From: Phoronis australis
Taxonomy: Eukaryota; Animalia; Phoronida
Direction of reading: 5' to 3'
DNA length: 64,000 bases
NCBI GenBank assembly: GCA_002633005.1
Contig: NMRA01000216.1
Span: 530,441-594,440 of the forward strand
The notes beneath the pieces were generated by a model, which did not search any database, had not been told where the DNA came from, and saw only the letters and a program-made list of their open reading frames with translations. The translations under genes were made by a program, and so were the position numbers. Positions within the stretch are counted from its first letter, which is position 1; each line of letters opens with the position of its first letter. This document shows positions 1 through 14,700 of this stretch, piece by piece.

Positions 1-3000
1 TTCCACGCTACCTCGCGCATTTCTAGCTTCTGTAGTTGCGATGTTGTTTGGTAGGCTTCCCTGAAACAATGTTTCACAAGATGTGCTGACCTCTTTAGGT
101 GACCATTAAAAGTCCAGACATTCTTAACAAATATTCAAAGACAAGTACACCACCCTTTGATGAGAAACTTTTGAAACTGGTGGCATTGCTTTTGCGACAA
201 GTGAACGGTTTTAATTGCATACATTAATTACTCCACAGACTACCCAGTTGCCCTTTTACAAACTTGATTGGTTTTATTTTACATCCGAAGTTGCTTATAC
301 GTACTTGATTCGATTATTGCTGTCGCTCTAAAATATTTCAAAGCAGTTTCAAGGTAACACTATTCAAAAATAAACTTTGGGAACTCGTTAAGATAATCCA
401 TTCAATTTTTTTAAAACACGCAGATTGACGAGACGTATTATTCAGGCCTGAAGGAAGGTCAACGTTATTTAAGTAGTCACAAACCCGTTTGGCCCAAGAA
501 GCGAACTTTTGATTTGGACTACTTACCGCTGTAAAACGTATCTCAAGTGTCAACTTGTTACTTGTTGAGATGAGAAGATTTCTGGGTTTGTTGAGAACTG
601 ACCGCAGACGACGTGACACTTTAAACCATGCTCGACGTACTTGGCCTAAATGAAACGCCGTGCCAAGCGAACTTGGCCGGTACAAGAACAGGGTCTCAAC
701 CAGTAACCAAATGACAGTTCCTTCTAAGCCTTTAAATCACAATACCTCCAAACAGTTGAGGAATGCATTCTTAGAATCCTATGCTCCAATTTGACGAAAG
801 AAGAATTAGGCCAGCGGCACTGAGTGGTTTAAATCCGTCAAAAGTTGGTTTTGTGACGGGAAGTGGGTTTGCTGTACAGGGCGTACCGTATTTTATAGTT
901 GTTGAAAGGAACACTTCAATTCATAATACCTTGCACAAAAGCATTTGTACAAATAACGTTTGTACAAAAACATCTACAAGATGGACAGAGTGTCCGGACG
1001 GGTATGTAGTATCCTTAGCTATGAGCATGACAGTGGAGAAGGCTTTGGACACAACCAAAAAAAAGGAAAACGGCGCCGGCGTCCCGTGTGATGCGACTAA
1101 TATTTGTCTCTCGGACACAGTGGTTTGACCCACTCCTGCCGCGAGATACTAGATCGGCTTCAAATTATTATATTCCACGTGCCCTCCCCTGACTTTGCTT
1201 CCTGTAGTCATTCAGGATTTAAATGGGAGGGGGAGGCAGGAAACCCGGGATACCAAAAAATACGCCTTCGGCATGAGTTGCACGAACTTCGTGCAATATA
1301 TCATGGTGTCCTGCCCTTCATTTGTCACGATACCTAATACCCGTGCTCTTTCTTCTAACAACGTTGTAACACCTGAAAATGGTCGGAGAAATAACTCACC
1401 GAAACATTGAAAATAGGCTAGAGGTTGACGTAAATAGACCCATTTATTTAAGAAATGATGTAACTACATCACCCTCTCAAATTAGCGGCCCTATCGAACG
1501 TTATGTTGAACATTTTAGTACTTTGGATACCGTAGGTTGAAGAAAGAATGATAATTTGTTGTCGACATTACATTTTTTTAAAGTAGGACCTACAATTATA
1601 TTTCTCAAGTGTCCACAGTCTCAGCTTTTGAATTGCAAGTCGGTGAGAGGCTTGGTTTTTCCATGTGCAAAAATTAAGATTTGCTAGTAACAATATATTA
1701 TAATTTCCATTGACACTGAAGCACGATCTGAGCCACTTTTCTGCGATCAACACGCACAAGTCCAATTTTATTACACGGCTGTTGATACTTCTGTCTTCTG
1801 TTTGGTTAAAACTCAGATATTAGTCTATCTGGGGTTAAAAGAAAGCACACTAACTTCCAAAATGTGGCCATCTTGACCGGAGAGTCGTGGAATGTCACTT
1901 TTCATTCATGCCACCCGGACGTCAGATGTCGCTATTGGCGATGTGACCAACTGTAGCTTGCAGGATTCTCGACGACAGTACATCAAGGCAAATAAAACAT
2001 CCAAATCCAACTGCTCGCCACCTAAAGTAATTCACCGTAAGAATCCGACGTATAATTGATTGAGCTTGATCTAAGACAGTGACGAAGTTGCAGTTTAGTT
2101 ATTATAAAGCCATATCACCTCTGGTATAAGTAAGGAATTAATCTGTAGAAGTAATGTTTTTATTCCTTTATGATCTCCGTCTGGGGTATCAGAGTCTTGT
2201 TAAAAAACACATGTAGATGAAATATAATACAATGCAATGCATGCTGGGTAATACACGTTGAACATTCGCCTAAATTCGAGTTACTATGAGCTAGAAATTA
2301 AAAAGAAAAAAGGTGAACGTGTTTATAAGATACACTCTTCAAAAAGAGGCATGACAGTAGATAATACATGCCGTAGTTGAGTATAAAACAAAACAACTAA
2401 TAACAGAGATAATATCAACAATAAAAATTGGTATGAGTATCAAAAGTTAAATAATCGCCAACTTACTTACTCAAGTCTCCTAAGTCGAAAGTTTGTTTTT
2501 GACGAAGGGCGTGTAAAGCAACATTAATGTAAATTATGAACAAACTATTTTTTTAGATATTTCATTTATATATTGAAAACCGACTAGGTGGTGACTGTGA
2601 ATCCAACCCAAAATAATTTCAAAATCAAAATGCCCAACCACTTACAATAAAAGTACCTTGACAGTTACTTTTTAGAAGAGACTATTTGGTCCCAAATGTA
2701 GTTTTAGTCTGGGAAAAATAGCGCACCATAATGTGATTCTGGCCTTGTGTCCGGCTCATGTTGAAACCTGTATCAAATTGTTTAAAGAAAAATAGAGCAC
2801 CTGTCTGCATCACTGCAAGCGAATTTCATTTTTCTTTGAAATGGTACACAAGCGTATCTGAAACCCCAACCCGGAGTACAATCAACCGCGACCGCAAACG
2901 CTTGAAGGGGAACTATTTTTGGAAAGATGAACTACTAAAAGACACCGCATGACCGCATTATTTCACAAAAACACAAAGTAGAGCCAATGTTGCTTTCTGG

Positions 3001-3088
3001 ACCTTACCATGGGATACATCTCGGAATAGTCTTTCGGTCACAGTGTTCACAAGACTGCAACTAATCAATCTAAGCTTGATGTGGGGTA

Positions 3089-3262
3089 CAGGGGCGGATC
3101 CAGGATTTTTGAGTTAGGGGGAGGGGGGGCAGGGCAGAGTCTTAGCCAGGATTTTGACCGTCAGACATTCGCACCCCCCGAACTGCCTAATGGAATCTGG
3201 GAGAATGAGAATGTTAGGGGGGGAGACCATGGCCCCCTTGGCCCCCTCTAAATCCGCCACTG
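3089..3262. mobile_element. MITE-like non-autonomous DNA element, copy 1
   Basis: Terminal inverted repeats CAGGGGCGGAT.. and ..ATCCGCCACTG, GC-rich body, homologous in reverse orientation to 61476-61793. CAG(G/T)GG ends resemble hAT-derived MITEs. No clean target-site duplication. Confidence 0.7.
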
Positions 3263-5649
3263 GGGTGCCTCCCCTACTGATGAAGTTAGGGGGGGCGGCT
3301 TTGCACTCTGTGATTGAAATGAGTGGCGAAGGCACCAAACTGGAGGCGATCGGGCTAGGCAAAGTTGGTGGCGACCGATGAAGGCGACTCAAGCAAACCT
3401 GGTGGGGATATCATGTTGAGAGAACATTATGTGGGAATTATACTTTGTCTACCATTCAAGATCATATCAATACAGTTAAATTGTTACAGATCGCATATTT
3501 TAAAACTTTCGACAATTTCCAATGCTTGCGCGTCAGTAGGAAAGTACAATATTAGACTACTGTATATTTCCTGAGGTGACCAGAGTGCGTCGCACACGTC
3601 GTTTCTCCCTCTGTTGCCAGAGTTAACAAAAGGAGATGGTGCGTAAAGAAAAAAACAAAAAGGAAAGTCGAAAAGATTTCTAACTGTGAATTTTGTGGAG
3701 AAAAACGAATAGCGATAAACTCCTTCAAATTTCGTTTTATAAATTTCTTCGATTTTAACGTAATTTTTTATAAAAATTAACTTTTGCATCTTGTATCGCG
3801 GGGCACGGACCTCAAAAATTTTTTAAAGAATAAATATGGCAATTTTTCTCATCGAATTGAATACTTGATTAAATCGGCCACAAACTTTTCCATTGAGCAC
3901 ACCATGGTCACTTTTAAGCATTTTCTACAATATCTTTTTAAGGAAATTCATTGACAAATCATGTTGTTAGCTCAGGGTGTTTGCTTCTACAAATTATTGC
4001 ACTGTAACGAAGAAAGTTTGCCAACTTTGCTTTAATTACAAAATACGGAAACAGCACGGCGAAAACTGCCTTAAAGAAGATTACTTTCGTCAGTCATTGA
4101 ACTTCATTTTTAAGATCCCTTAACGATTTTTGAAAGTAATCTTATGTTGGTTTATAGTTGCAGTAATGAGGAAAATACTGCCGATTATAGTTTTATTACA
4201 AAGAGAAACGTGATGGAACGTCCATCCTCTTCAACATCCAGTCAGATTTTGAATCCGCTTCTTGATAACTCTTAAATTACGAACTTCCGTTAATTTGCAT
4301 TTTATCGTAGGAATTCTCCAAAATTGCAGGCGAGGCTGGAATGAGAATTGCAGGGGGGGGGGGGGGGGGGGGNTTAAACAGTACCCCAATGTAATAAATA
4401 GCAAGGGCAGAATTTGGAACTCTAACTCTGGAGATGGTGAGTTATAGGGAATCCATTTTGCTTTTGGTTTTGTCGACATTTTTCTGCTCGAGTTATTTTG
4501 CGTTATATTTCGTCACCCAGATCACGAATAAAACGTATCTACCCTGGTGACGTTCGTGTCTAGTCCCCAATTGCCATATGTTGTTAAACTTTCCTCCTAT
4601 GAAAGAAAATAAAGTTAAGACTCAATGTGATGTGTTGCAACACTTACAGACGAGGTCTCATAATATTCCTTGCCATTGCTGTATATGAATCTATCCCCAT
4701 TACGAACAAGAACGTCGAAACCATCAGGGACTCAAAAACAATTTTCAAAGTTTATTGTGGCTGGCCAAACCTAAAATTGTTGATTCAAAAATAGCGCATG
4801 CACGCATTGCCTGTGAGTCGTGCTGTTGGGTCATTCGGCAACAACTCAAGTTCGAATGGGCGTGCTATTGGTTTTAATCCCCAAATCGCTTCAGTTAAGA
4901 ATTAAAACCTGACAGCTAAACAGCAGCAAAATGTAGCTTTATTCTTTGACCTGGGACATTGGCCCACGACTTTGCCGCACGTCTTGGGCAACTCTATTTT
5001 AGTTCTTATACTTACGATGGCCCAATGGTGACCATGGGTTTTATTCCAATAGTTAACAACTTTCAGTTTCTTCTTGTATATATTGACTCTTTTGCCACCC
5101 GTATGGAAAACATTTACACGACATTTTCGCGTCGTGATATTTTTGCCATTTGTCCTACAAATCCACCAAAAAGTGACAAAACGTAAAATATCTCGCAGGC
5201 AGAATTGGAGGGGACCCAGGGTATTGGGCGTGCCGTTTTCAAAAATTGTTGTTTGCCCCTAACCCGCTTATGACAGGCTCGATCCTCTTCAGTGCTAAAC
5301 CACAATATCCGTGAATGTGCCTGACATCCAAAAACCATGGGTACAGAAAGTTCTCCGAGATAACGATACATTGAACACGATTAAATGCAGATTAATTTTA
5401 GACGAGACTATAAGGACAATATTCGATTTTTTATCTTTTATTTCGAGTTAGGCCACATGTGACACACGCGACGCTAACTGGTTATTCGCGGGCACCGTTA
5501 ATGAAAAGGAACTATTAAAGTAGGAACGGAGTTAACGAATGGAAATTTATATCTACTTAATCCTTTATCTTGAGTTACAAAGATAAGAAATAAAGAAAAC
5601 ATTCTGAATTGTTCAACAGAAACCCGCTCAGAAGATACGCTGGATCGAT

Positions 5650-5733
5650 TGCGCATGCGTCATCCAGGTGATTCTCAAATGGGTCTCAGTTGTTCATTGG
5701 TAGTGCGATCTGTCCCAACACAAATTATTGAAA
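5650..5733 (+). promoter_or_regulatory. Putative core promoter / 5'UTR of full-length Prdm3/16
   Basis: NRF1/EWG-like TGCGCATGCGT at 5650-5660 and Inr-like TCAGTT at 5686-5691, in CpG-undepleted DNA just upstream of the ATG. Motif evidence only. Confidence 0.5.
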
Positions 5734-5770
5734 ATGCGGTCAAAAGGCAAAGCTCGAAAACTAACTCAGT
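5734..5770 (+). CDS. PRDM16/MECOM: Prdm3/16 coding exon 1 (MRSKGKARKLTQ + 1 nt), MDS1-like N-terminus
   Basis: ATG CGG TCA AAA GGC AAA GCT CGA AAA CTA ACT CAG T|gtaagt. Matches the N-termini of human MECOM (MRSKGRARKLAT) and PRDM16 (MRSKARARKLAKS). The consensus phase-1 donor fits exon 2. Not in the ORF track. Confidence 0.93.
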
Positions 5771-8700
5771 GTAAGTATACATTAAGCGTATCTGCTAATA
5801 CTGTGCAACAAAATTCGTCCCCGTTTGTAGCTGAACCAACGAAACGGCGAAGATTCATTCTTTGAAGATTATTGTGTGTTGTCTTCAGAGGGTTTCCCGA
5901 TGTAAACATCGCGACAGGGGTGCTCTGTTGCCTGCCCGTTATTGTCTTCTGTCGTGAACGCTTATACTCAAGCTTCTGCGTGTGTAAATCCCTAAATGCC
6001 ACATAACTACACCCGAGAATTCTGCAATTTGAAGTGTAGAACAGAGAGAGAGCTTAGCATATTTTTTGTTGATATAAGCCTACCTGTAATATGACCAAGA
6101 CCGGTACATATTATCCCACACGCCTGCACTGCTTCTGCACCGGGCGTACTACGCGGCGTATCCAACCAACTTCATCACATTCTTGCTGTTTAGCACAATT
6201 TTTTGATCCGTATTTGGCAATTTGTACAGATTTGTCGTTCAAAAATCTACCTCAGAAACCGTCCAATATTATTTTTAGTTATGTTCAGACAGATAGGACT
6301 AGCCAAAATAGGATCTTTATTACAAGTACTTTGTTGTTAATAGATTTGTTATCCCTACAAAACTGAAACCAATGAAGATTAGTTAACGAATGACTTAATC
6401 CATGTTTCATGATATTCACTTTGGATTTAAATTTCAATACACTAAATTAAATTTAAAACTTTTACACCAACAATATTATTGTAACTCCTGGTCTAAGATT
6501 TTAGTTTAGGTGTATAAATCAATATGTTCACTAATCTCTAGATACTCATGAACTTACCTTAAGATTGTTACAGAAAGAAATGGTTTGCTGTTTTCAACAA
6601 GTTAATCAACCTTTCCTAATTGTCAAATTAGTCTTACAACTATACACAATGACTCTTCAACCAACTGAGTGATAGGATTGTCCCATCTCCTTTGAACATC
6701 TCAACTATCTGTGTTTGTGATCTGGCTAGTATTGAATTGAGTTAATGATTCGTGACAAAGTTGTTTCACCTGAGATATGGCCAAGTAAGGGCCTCAACAT
6801 CAAGGGGATTACCTGATGCTGTTAGAGGGATTTGTTCTGTTAGAAATTTGAAACTTCTAAAGATCTTATGTGTGTAACTGAAGTGAGAGGACTAAGCACA
6901 AACATGGACAAAGCCAGCCACATTTTGCACCAGTTGTACAGGGCTAAGAATTACCAAGTAATCAACAATAGGTAATATTATTGGGTTCTATTGAAAACCT
7001 TGTTTGGAATCCTTATTGCATTGATGTTGAGGAATATTTGTGCTGTGACAGCCTCTTCTATTTGTTTATAGATTAGTCAGATGCTTTGACACTATTGACG
7101 TTACATCACACAAAAGTCTTCAAAAGAAATTCCAATACACTGAGGCACAATAGGATTTCTTGTTCTTCACCTAGAAATGTAGTAGCAAGTGTTCTTACTT
7201 GGGTGCACAACAAGAAATAAACTGATATCAATCGTTCTAGAAATGATAACCTAAACATTAAAAATAATTTATTTAAATCAATTTGCCTCTTTGTTTTGTT
7301 TCATTTCAATGGGATGTTAAGTATTTTTCTAGCATTGAAAATGGCACTAAATACAAGCATTTAACTCCGTTATGTTTCTAATAATAAACACCTTTTGAAG
7401 AATGACACGTGCCTTTTTGTAATAGGTGTGCTAGAGACTGAATATGCAGGTCTTATTTTTAGTGGGGTATCTTAAATTGATGTGCGTAGCCATCATGCTT
7501 GGACTGTTAAGGCCATCTTCGTGTGGGGATGAGACTGATTCTGGGATTGTCCTTAAAATTGAATTTGACTCATTTGTTCATCACCATGAGCCATGTATGT
7601 TTTCAAAAGGGATAATGGACTTCTTTCTTGTCGTGGGATGTCACCTATGTACAACACATTTGAATGGTTTCGCTCACTTGTGTGTACACAGTCCATGTGG
7701 TTACTACAAAAGCATGTTTGCACGTGTTTTATGTTATCTCAATCTTTTAAAGTGATAGCTTACTCAAATAGCCTTTGTTGAGGATGCTTTTTCATGCATT
7801 TTTGATCTGAAAGAGGACATTTATAGCAGACAACCATCTTATTTATCATTTGTCTATTAATTCACATGACTTGGCAGGGACTACTGGGATATTTTCGAAG
7901 TCATCTATTGGTCTAAATGTTTACATAGCACTTATGACACCCGGTAGTTGTCATAACCCAAATATTTTAATACTAATTGAAGTTGTCCATTTTTAGTTCA
8001 ACAGTCAAGTCCATATAAAGTTATGAAAAACATATTGACTTACCCCGTAGTTCCATTAAAAATTGAGCGTACATGAGTAATTTTTGTTAAGTGTTAAGAG
8101 CCTATTGTGATGGGTGTTTATTAGTTGGATTGTGATGAGGACGGGACATCTATAGGACTGATGCAGAATATTCAGGTGTAAAGTATCTTTTTGTGTCCCC
8201 ATTGAGGAAGATCGCCACAGATGGTATAACAAACCCTAGGTCCAATTACTATTGTATAAACAGTTAACCCTTTTGGGCACTTCAGAGAATTTTACAGAAA
8301 TCTGCATTTGCAAACTCAGACCTGTTACAGCTGTTTGTCTCTCACAGAGTTAGCTTTTTACCTGTGAAAGAAAAAATAGCTGTTCTTCAAGCACTTTGTA
8401 GAAATTCTGTCATGAAGTTTCATGTGTTAACTGTTTTTTGTTCTGTTTTGAGTTTCTGAAATAGAAGTTGCAAAAATGCTTGAGGCTAAAATGGGTTGTG
8501 TGAATTTTCTTGCTGTTTTGTTCATTTAACATTTTCTTCAACTGAAAAATTAATATTTCAAGTGCTTCAAAACTTGTGTGGGAGGCTATGGTAGTAACTG
8601 CCATCAATAACAGTTTCCAATACTTACGATCTTTAAATTAACAGGATGCAAGTTTATTTTCATGTATGCGTCTAGGATGTACAAATTTTCTTGTCAATTG

Positions 8701-11700
8701 GTAAAATGAAAATTTTCCAAGTATGTTGCTTTGTTATAAAATTTATTTGTTTTTTTGTTTGTTTCTTGTTCGCATGCTACGGATTGCAGTTCTTATCGGA
8801 TCAACACGTGCCTCCTGAATGGCTCGAAGCCTGTTGTTTTTTTGTTGAAATCCAATGGCGCAATGGCAGCCATTTTTCCTTTTTTCATTTGCAGAGCCAT
8901 AGGTCCCCTGTTTCTGGTCGGATTTTTCTTTCTGTGGATATATCATTCCAAGGGCTATTGGAGATGTCTGGTTTGTTTTTCTTTAGTTTTTACCCTTCTT
9001 GAGTTGCTGAAGATTTTTCAAGGACTGGTCTCCAAATAACTGAGTTCTTGTTCCGTATCTTCGGCGTCCCTTGACGAGTCAGTCTAAAATTTGGTTTTGT
9101 GGATAGATCATTCCAAGCGCTATCATTATATGAAAGTCGTTACTTGCTACAACTCACCATTCGCACGATATTCGAGATTTACAGCTCAGATGCTCGTCTG
9201 ATCAACTTGAAATTTACGTGCAGTGATTAAGTACCTACTCAGTAGGCCAAGGACTGTTGTTCTTGGGCAAAATCGGACAAACGGTGGCGCTGTGAATGGC
9301 TTTTTTAAAATGTTTATGGAGCTAAAAGCTCCGTGATCCTTTGACCGAACATTTTCAAATTTGGTATGTAAATAGATCTCCCAGCGGACTAATACATTAG
9401 TGTAATAAGACTAGGAATCATGATTGTTTATGATCGTGGTTTTGTTGTCGATCTCACCTTTAAATTTCTAATTTCTTTCACAGAGTGTCATTCTTCAGAG
9501 TGCTTTCATTCTATTCATTGAATGCTTTCATTTTACTTGTCAGAATGGTATATTTAAAATGCTTAAAGTTTACATAGGAGGTTACACGTCAACTGAGCAG
9601 TCATTTGTCATATCTCTTTCTCATTTCTTGGGGGCTCTGGAACAGATAACTGTTCATTTTTACATGGAAAATGTGACATGACTGAAAATCCTACCCTTCT
9701 CTCCTTGCCTGACCTGCCTTCACCTGGTGATAGGACTGTTATCTCTGGCCAGAACTTTGTTAATGAACAGTTGTTCTGGTTATTAACAATAGGCAAGTGT
9801 TGACATCTGATGGCAAACCTGTTGATGGGATACTCAACAGATGGCACTTGTCTGCTTGGTGTAGACTTCTTGATTGTTGCACTGAACATGTGAAAGATAC
9901 TACGAAATAAGCTGAAGTCTTTGAGTGGGTCATGTTCATGAGAACATCTTTTGGCATTTGTTAGTTTAGCCTGTTCCTCAGAAACTAGAGATGAAAATAT
10001 GTATCTTTTTTAGTGTTGTAAAAGTCAGTGTTTTGAATTGAATCTCGAAATGAGAAATTGGGTTACAATATGTACAAGAACTAATGGCACTGTCACTGAC
10101 AGCTTCAGAAAGTATAGAAGTAAGATAATAACTGGGAATATGCATGTTACCTTTTTTCTGATAATTGTTCAATTTACAAGTATCTTTCTAATGTAGTTCT
10201 GAAACCAATTCTAGTTTAAAACCCATAAGTCATTGTCCAACTAAAAAATTCCTGGTTAACGGTTAATAAATTTGTCATGTGTGACAATGCTATTAGTTGA
10301 TTGGTCAAAGAGAAAGATTTTTATTGGTAGAATAAAAAGTTATTTTACTGTCTTCAGTGTCAGTAAATAGAAATTCGGGTTTCCCCATCTTTGGTACTGT
10401 TATCCAAACATAACTCAACATTTATATAAACATTTGTGCCTCTGTTTCAAAATATTATTAGAATCTAGTGTCCAACGGAGGCCAATTGATTCCTTTGACG
10501 ACTGATAATTGGCTCGTTCAGGTGTGTTTTTTTTCAGCGATTGATAATTGATTTAATTCAGTGTCCGCACTCCGGCTAGTCGGGCATGAGACATCCAAGT
10601 GTATCAGTTTTCATGTCAGTGTATTGAAGTGAAGAAAAGGCATTCATGATCCTAAACAGTTACAATATTTCGCGGATCTTTTCACCGCTTGTTTTTATTA
10701 GGTTACCGTCAGGATAGCTGGGTACGTTTTCGTGAAAAGGAACGGTTTCACATTGTCGCTGGCTTTGTCTCCTCTTTCTGCTTCAAGATGGCTGCCCAAA
10801 GGATTTTAACAAACTAGTGCAGAAAAGTGAACAATTGATCAGATAGGGATAACAGTTTACCATTGTTGACTGCAAATTTGGCCGTCCACACATCTTAAGC
10901 GAACTCCAAACAAAACCCTAATTGGCCCCATTCAAGTCAACCCCTTGCCTATGTGATTGTGCAACGTGGCTTTAAATTTGGTGTGTTATTGTAACCATAT
11001 CTTACAATGAGTCGCACACGTCGAGGCACTGCGACCAGCAAAAAAATTCACTTGGATGATTTTGTAAACAGCAGCTAACAATATCAGCTCCAAATGTAGG
11101 TATACAGTCAGCTTTCTCTCACAATGTTGAGCAAACAAACTGGAACGCATTCTTGGCTCCTGAAAAACTATGAATGAAACGCTGGAATAGATTTATTAAT
11201 AAACCACACAGGTTAGTCAACAAAAGTTTACCTTTTTATTTGTATATTTTGGGTCATATCTATCATTTTTTCTTTTAGCCAGTTCTGTTTATAGTGTTTA
11301 AAGCTTCCTTTGTTTAAATTTTCCTTTTGAATTCCTTTTATTGGTGGTTTAATAGTTAATACTACTTCAAATATTCCGATTTCCTTGATATGGATTAGTG
11401 CATTTTTGCAAAACTTATATATACGTTTTGCTTGCATTTAATTCTCAACAATATGCACTTGATTTTAGTCCTTTCTCTTCTACTGTTTTATTTGCAAAAA
11501 ATGCGTAATGTTAAAATCAGAAGTGTTTACAGAATTAATCCCCAGTTCCTATCACAGCCAAGTGTTATATGTCTATCATTCTTATTTCTTATTCATATGA
11601 TTTATTAGATAACATTTAAAATTTATTATTTATTAATGCCAAGCTCCTTCAATGGTGGCATTGAATTCTGGTTTCTCTGAGAGTCTGTGCACTGAGTTCT

Positions 11701-14700
11701 TATGCAATGGTTCTATACCAGTTCCTGTCAATGTTTGGATATATAATTCAGCTTCTGTTTAGAAGAATGTCCTTTTTCTTGAATGCCCATGGCTATTCCA
11801 TTTGAATATGACTTACTGATAAATGGTCAATGATTCTATTAATCATCTTGGTGCTTTCAAGCCATTGGTCAGGATTTAGTCTTTATGGCTTCATATACCA
11901 TGACTGGTGTCTTAAAAATTGGTGTTAAAAGCACCATTTACTTCAATTTTTATGTTTATTGGTGCTGGACATTAGTTGACGAGGCTCCGCTTTTTAAAAT
12001 GGCAATTTAAGGTCTAAGCAAATGCTCTGATCTATATTGGCAAGAGGATATATATGGTCAAATTTCACCAATTTTGGGAATTAATTTTTTTTATTGAAAA
12101 TGGCAAGATTTTAACATAAATCTTTTTTCGAATGCTTAAAACATAGTTGTAAATGTCAGTGGTGATGGAATAATCTGGCAGTATTTGTGGTAGGAGAGAG
12201 TATCGTGCGTTCCTCTCCTCCCATTGGACCTTTGCTGGGGTATCACAAACCCATCATCTACCATTATCATCCGATAATAGTTGTGTTTATCACCTCGCAT
12301 TACACTGGATAATTAGATAATGGGGCCATATCCCTCTGTAAGATTGCCCCTGTCTTTATTGTGCAGTAACAGACAAGGTGTCACCCTAATTGAGCTAATC
12401 AATGCTTGAAAAGAACATCAATGTCTTCTCTGTCACTTTTATGTAATGACAGGTGTCTGTTGTAATGATGATGTCTGGGCACAGAGGAAGTCATTACAAC
12501 ATACTATGGATGGGGGATATAGATATGCACTGAAGGCTATTTAAATGTTGTTTTGAATTTTTATATTCCTGTCAATTGCAATCTGCCAACGTGTTAAATT
12601 AGCTGCAATGCATTGTCTGGTTGACAGTGACATTGTGAATGGGATGCTCTTATATAGTGATAATCTTTAGGAAAATTCTATCTGACATGGTTATTTTTAA
12701 TTGTGCCTGCAGTACCAAGTTTCCTTAAATTTAAGCAGCAATTGATATGTGCTTCTTGCCCTGAAAACCTGAACTTGTGCATAAAAGACGTTATAGAAAA
12801 TTGATTCAAAATTGGGTTTGATTTTTGAAATATCTCAGAGCAAAAGCTGAAAATATTCTAATAGCTTACTAAGTAATATAACTGTTAGATTTACACTGAT
12901 AGTTTGTATTTCTTTTCACATCTTACCATTTATTATATTGTCTAAAGTATATTCCGCAGTTCAATAAACCTCCAGTAATGTTACTCATATCATTCTCTTT
13001 CTGAAGCCATTGTGTCTGGGAGCATAAATTTGATTGAAAATGACTACCTGAAATAGACATTAGTGAATTATTGCGATCCATATTGATATCAATCAGGTAA
13101 TTCACAAGGTGATTAGGAACATGAGGTTTAACACTTAATCTGTCTTGGTAGGGGAGAATCTTTACAAGATCATCTGTGTGGAAACCATTGCCTGATTTTG
13201 CTTGTTAATCCCTTGTCGGTCAGCACAAGTCAAGAATATTTACCGTTTCATTTTGAATAGAGCCTCAGATGCTTACAACTATCTCGATTTATGTTATTCT
13301 ATCAGTGCGCTCATTAAATGCGTTATTTAATTTCAATATTTATTCTGACAATGGGCGCTTATTGCTTTGTCAGGGATTATTTGCTTTAAGTTTCTCTACC
13401 CAGTCACTCATGCCAGATTCTCTATAAAGGTGTCTACTCTTACATCTGGCTAGAATTCTATCCTCTTTAATGTTTTTCTATCAGTATAAGCCATTGTGGT
13501 CATGTTTATCCTGATAATAATAATCAGAATCTTGCCCCTGTGGGGCTAATGAGCGCTAAGATTGCTTCACAACTTCGTTTTGTTGATTTTCTAAAGGCAT
13601 TCAATTCCGTGCATTGAATCTTAGTGGTCAATTGGTATATTGGACAAAGTTGCTGAAGATATGTAGTATCCACCTTACATGAAGAATAGATGCCCTGAAG
13701 GTCAAACAAATATACTAATGCAATTCTTTTTTAGGTGAAATAACCACAAAAATGCCACAATACTTATGAATTTGCATATTTTTGTCTCAAAACTCTATCA
13801 CAATGACACTGAATGTTTTAGTTTTGGTGTGAAACTTTTTACATCTGTTGGTTAAATATTTGAAATAAATTGTGAGCATTGTTGTCTGTAAGTCAGTTTT
13901 TATAAAATGCTGCAGTAAGAGGCTTTCACTTTTGACTGTTCTGATCATGTTTAAAATTAATTAGCTGTGCTTAGTTAAAGGAACCCGGTAAACTGTTATG
14001 CAGCAATTTAAGCTCATACAATATTTCTTCACTTATTTCGCACAAAATTTACTATCCAAACTCAAATTTTTCAGATGCTGAGAGTACTTCTGCAAATGAT
14101 AAAAAATTTACCAAAATGCCCATTTTTGAGAATTAACTGCATTGCTGCAGATGATTTTTATTTTAACATGCAGTACTTGTTGACACCTGTACAGCTCAGA
14201 TTAAGTAATACTTTCAATTTTTGTTGAGTAATTTCACGACATTCTTTTTCTCACCATATTGTGCGTAGTGGTGGGGTCGAGTCACAGCAGGTCCAATCTG
14301 TTTCCAACTCTTTATTTCTGGCAGCAGGCCAGCAATTCTGTCTTTTTAGCTTAAGATTTCATCTAATAACCATTTACTTTTGTTGTCTCACTTAGGATAA
14401 TAAGTAAACATGCCCTCGTAATATATAAATTATTATTTCATTATCTCTCACTAGTCCTGGATGGTCACATTTAATCCAATGTTTTCCTACAAGATGCAGT
14501 TGTTTCACATTTTGTCATCTTTGTTGGTGGACATACCTCGAAATTGAAATAAAATATTTACTTAAAATTCACATATAAACACATTTCTTTGGTTCTCTAA
14601 TCAAACATAAAATAAACACACACTTAATCCAACCAGTTTCATTCATGCCCTTTAGCATTCACTCATTCAGTGGTCATTTATTTACCTAAAGCCCCACTTT

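Noticed and set aside
338-1410. Short ORFs and a minus-strand GTAAGT donor (521-526) suggesting a divergent upstream gene or lncRNA
   Set aside because: No recognisable protein or coherent exon chain; it cannot be supported without RNA data.
4353-4372. Poly-G run with an N
   Set aside because: Homopolymer with an ambiguous base call; likely an assembly uncertainty with no functional evidence.
8650-9463. Possible non-autonomous DNA transposon ending in ..gatctcacctttaa
   Set aside because: It looks repeat-like, but I could not find the matching terminal inverted repeat or a target-site duplication.
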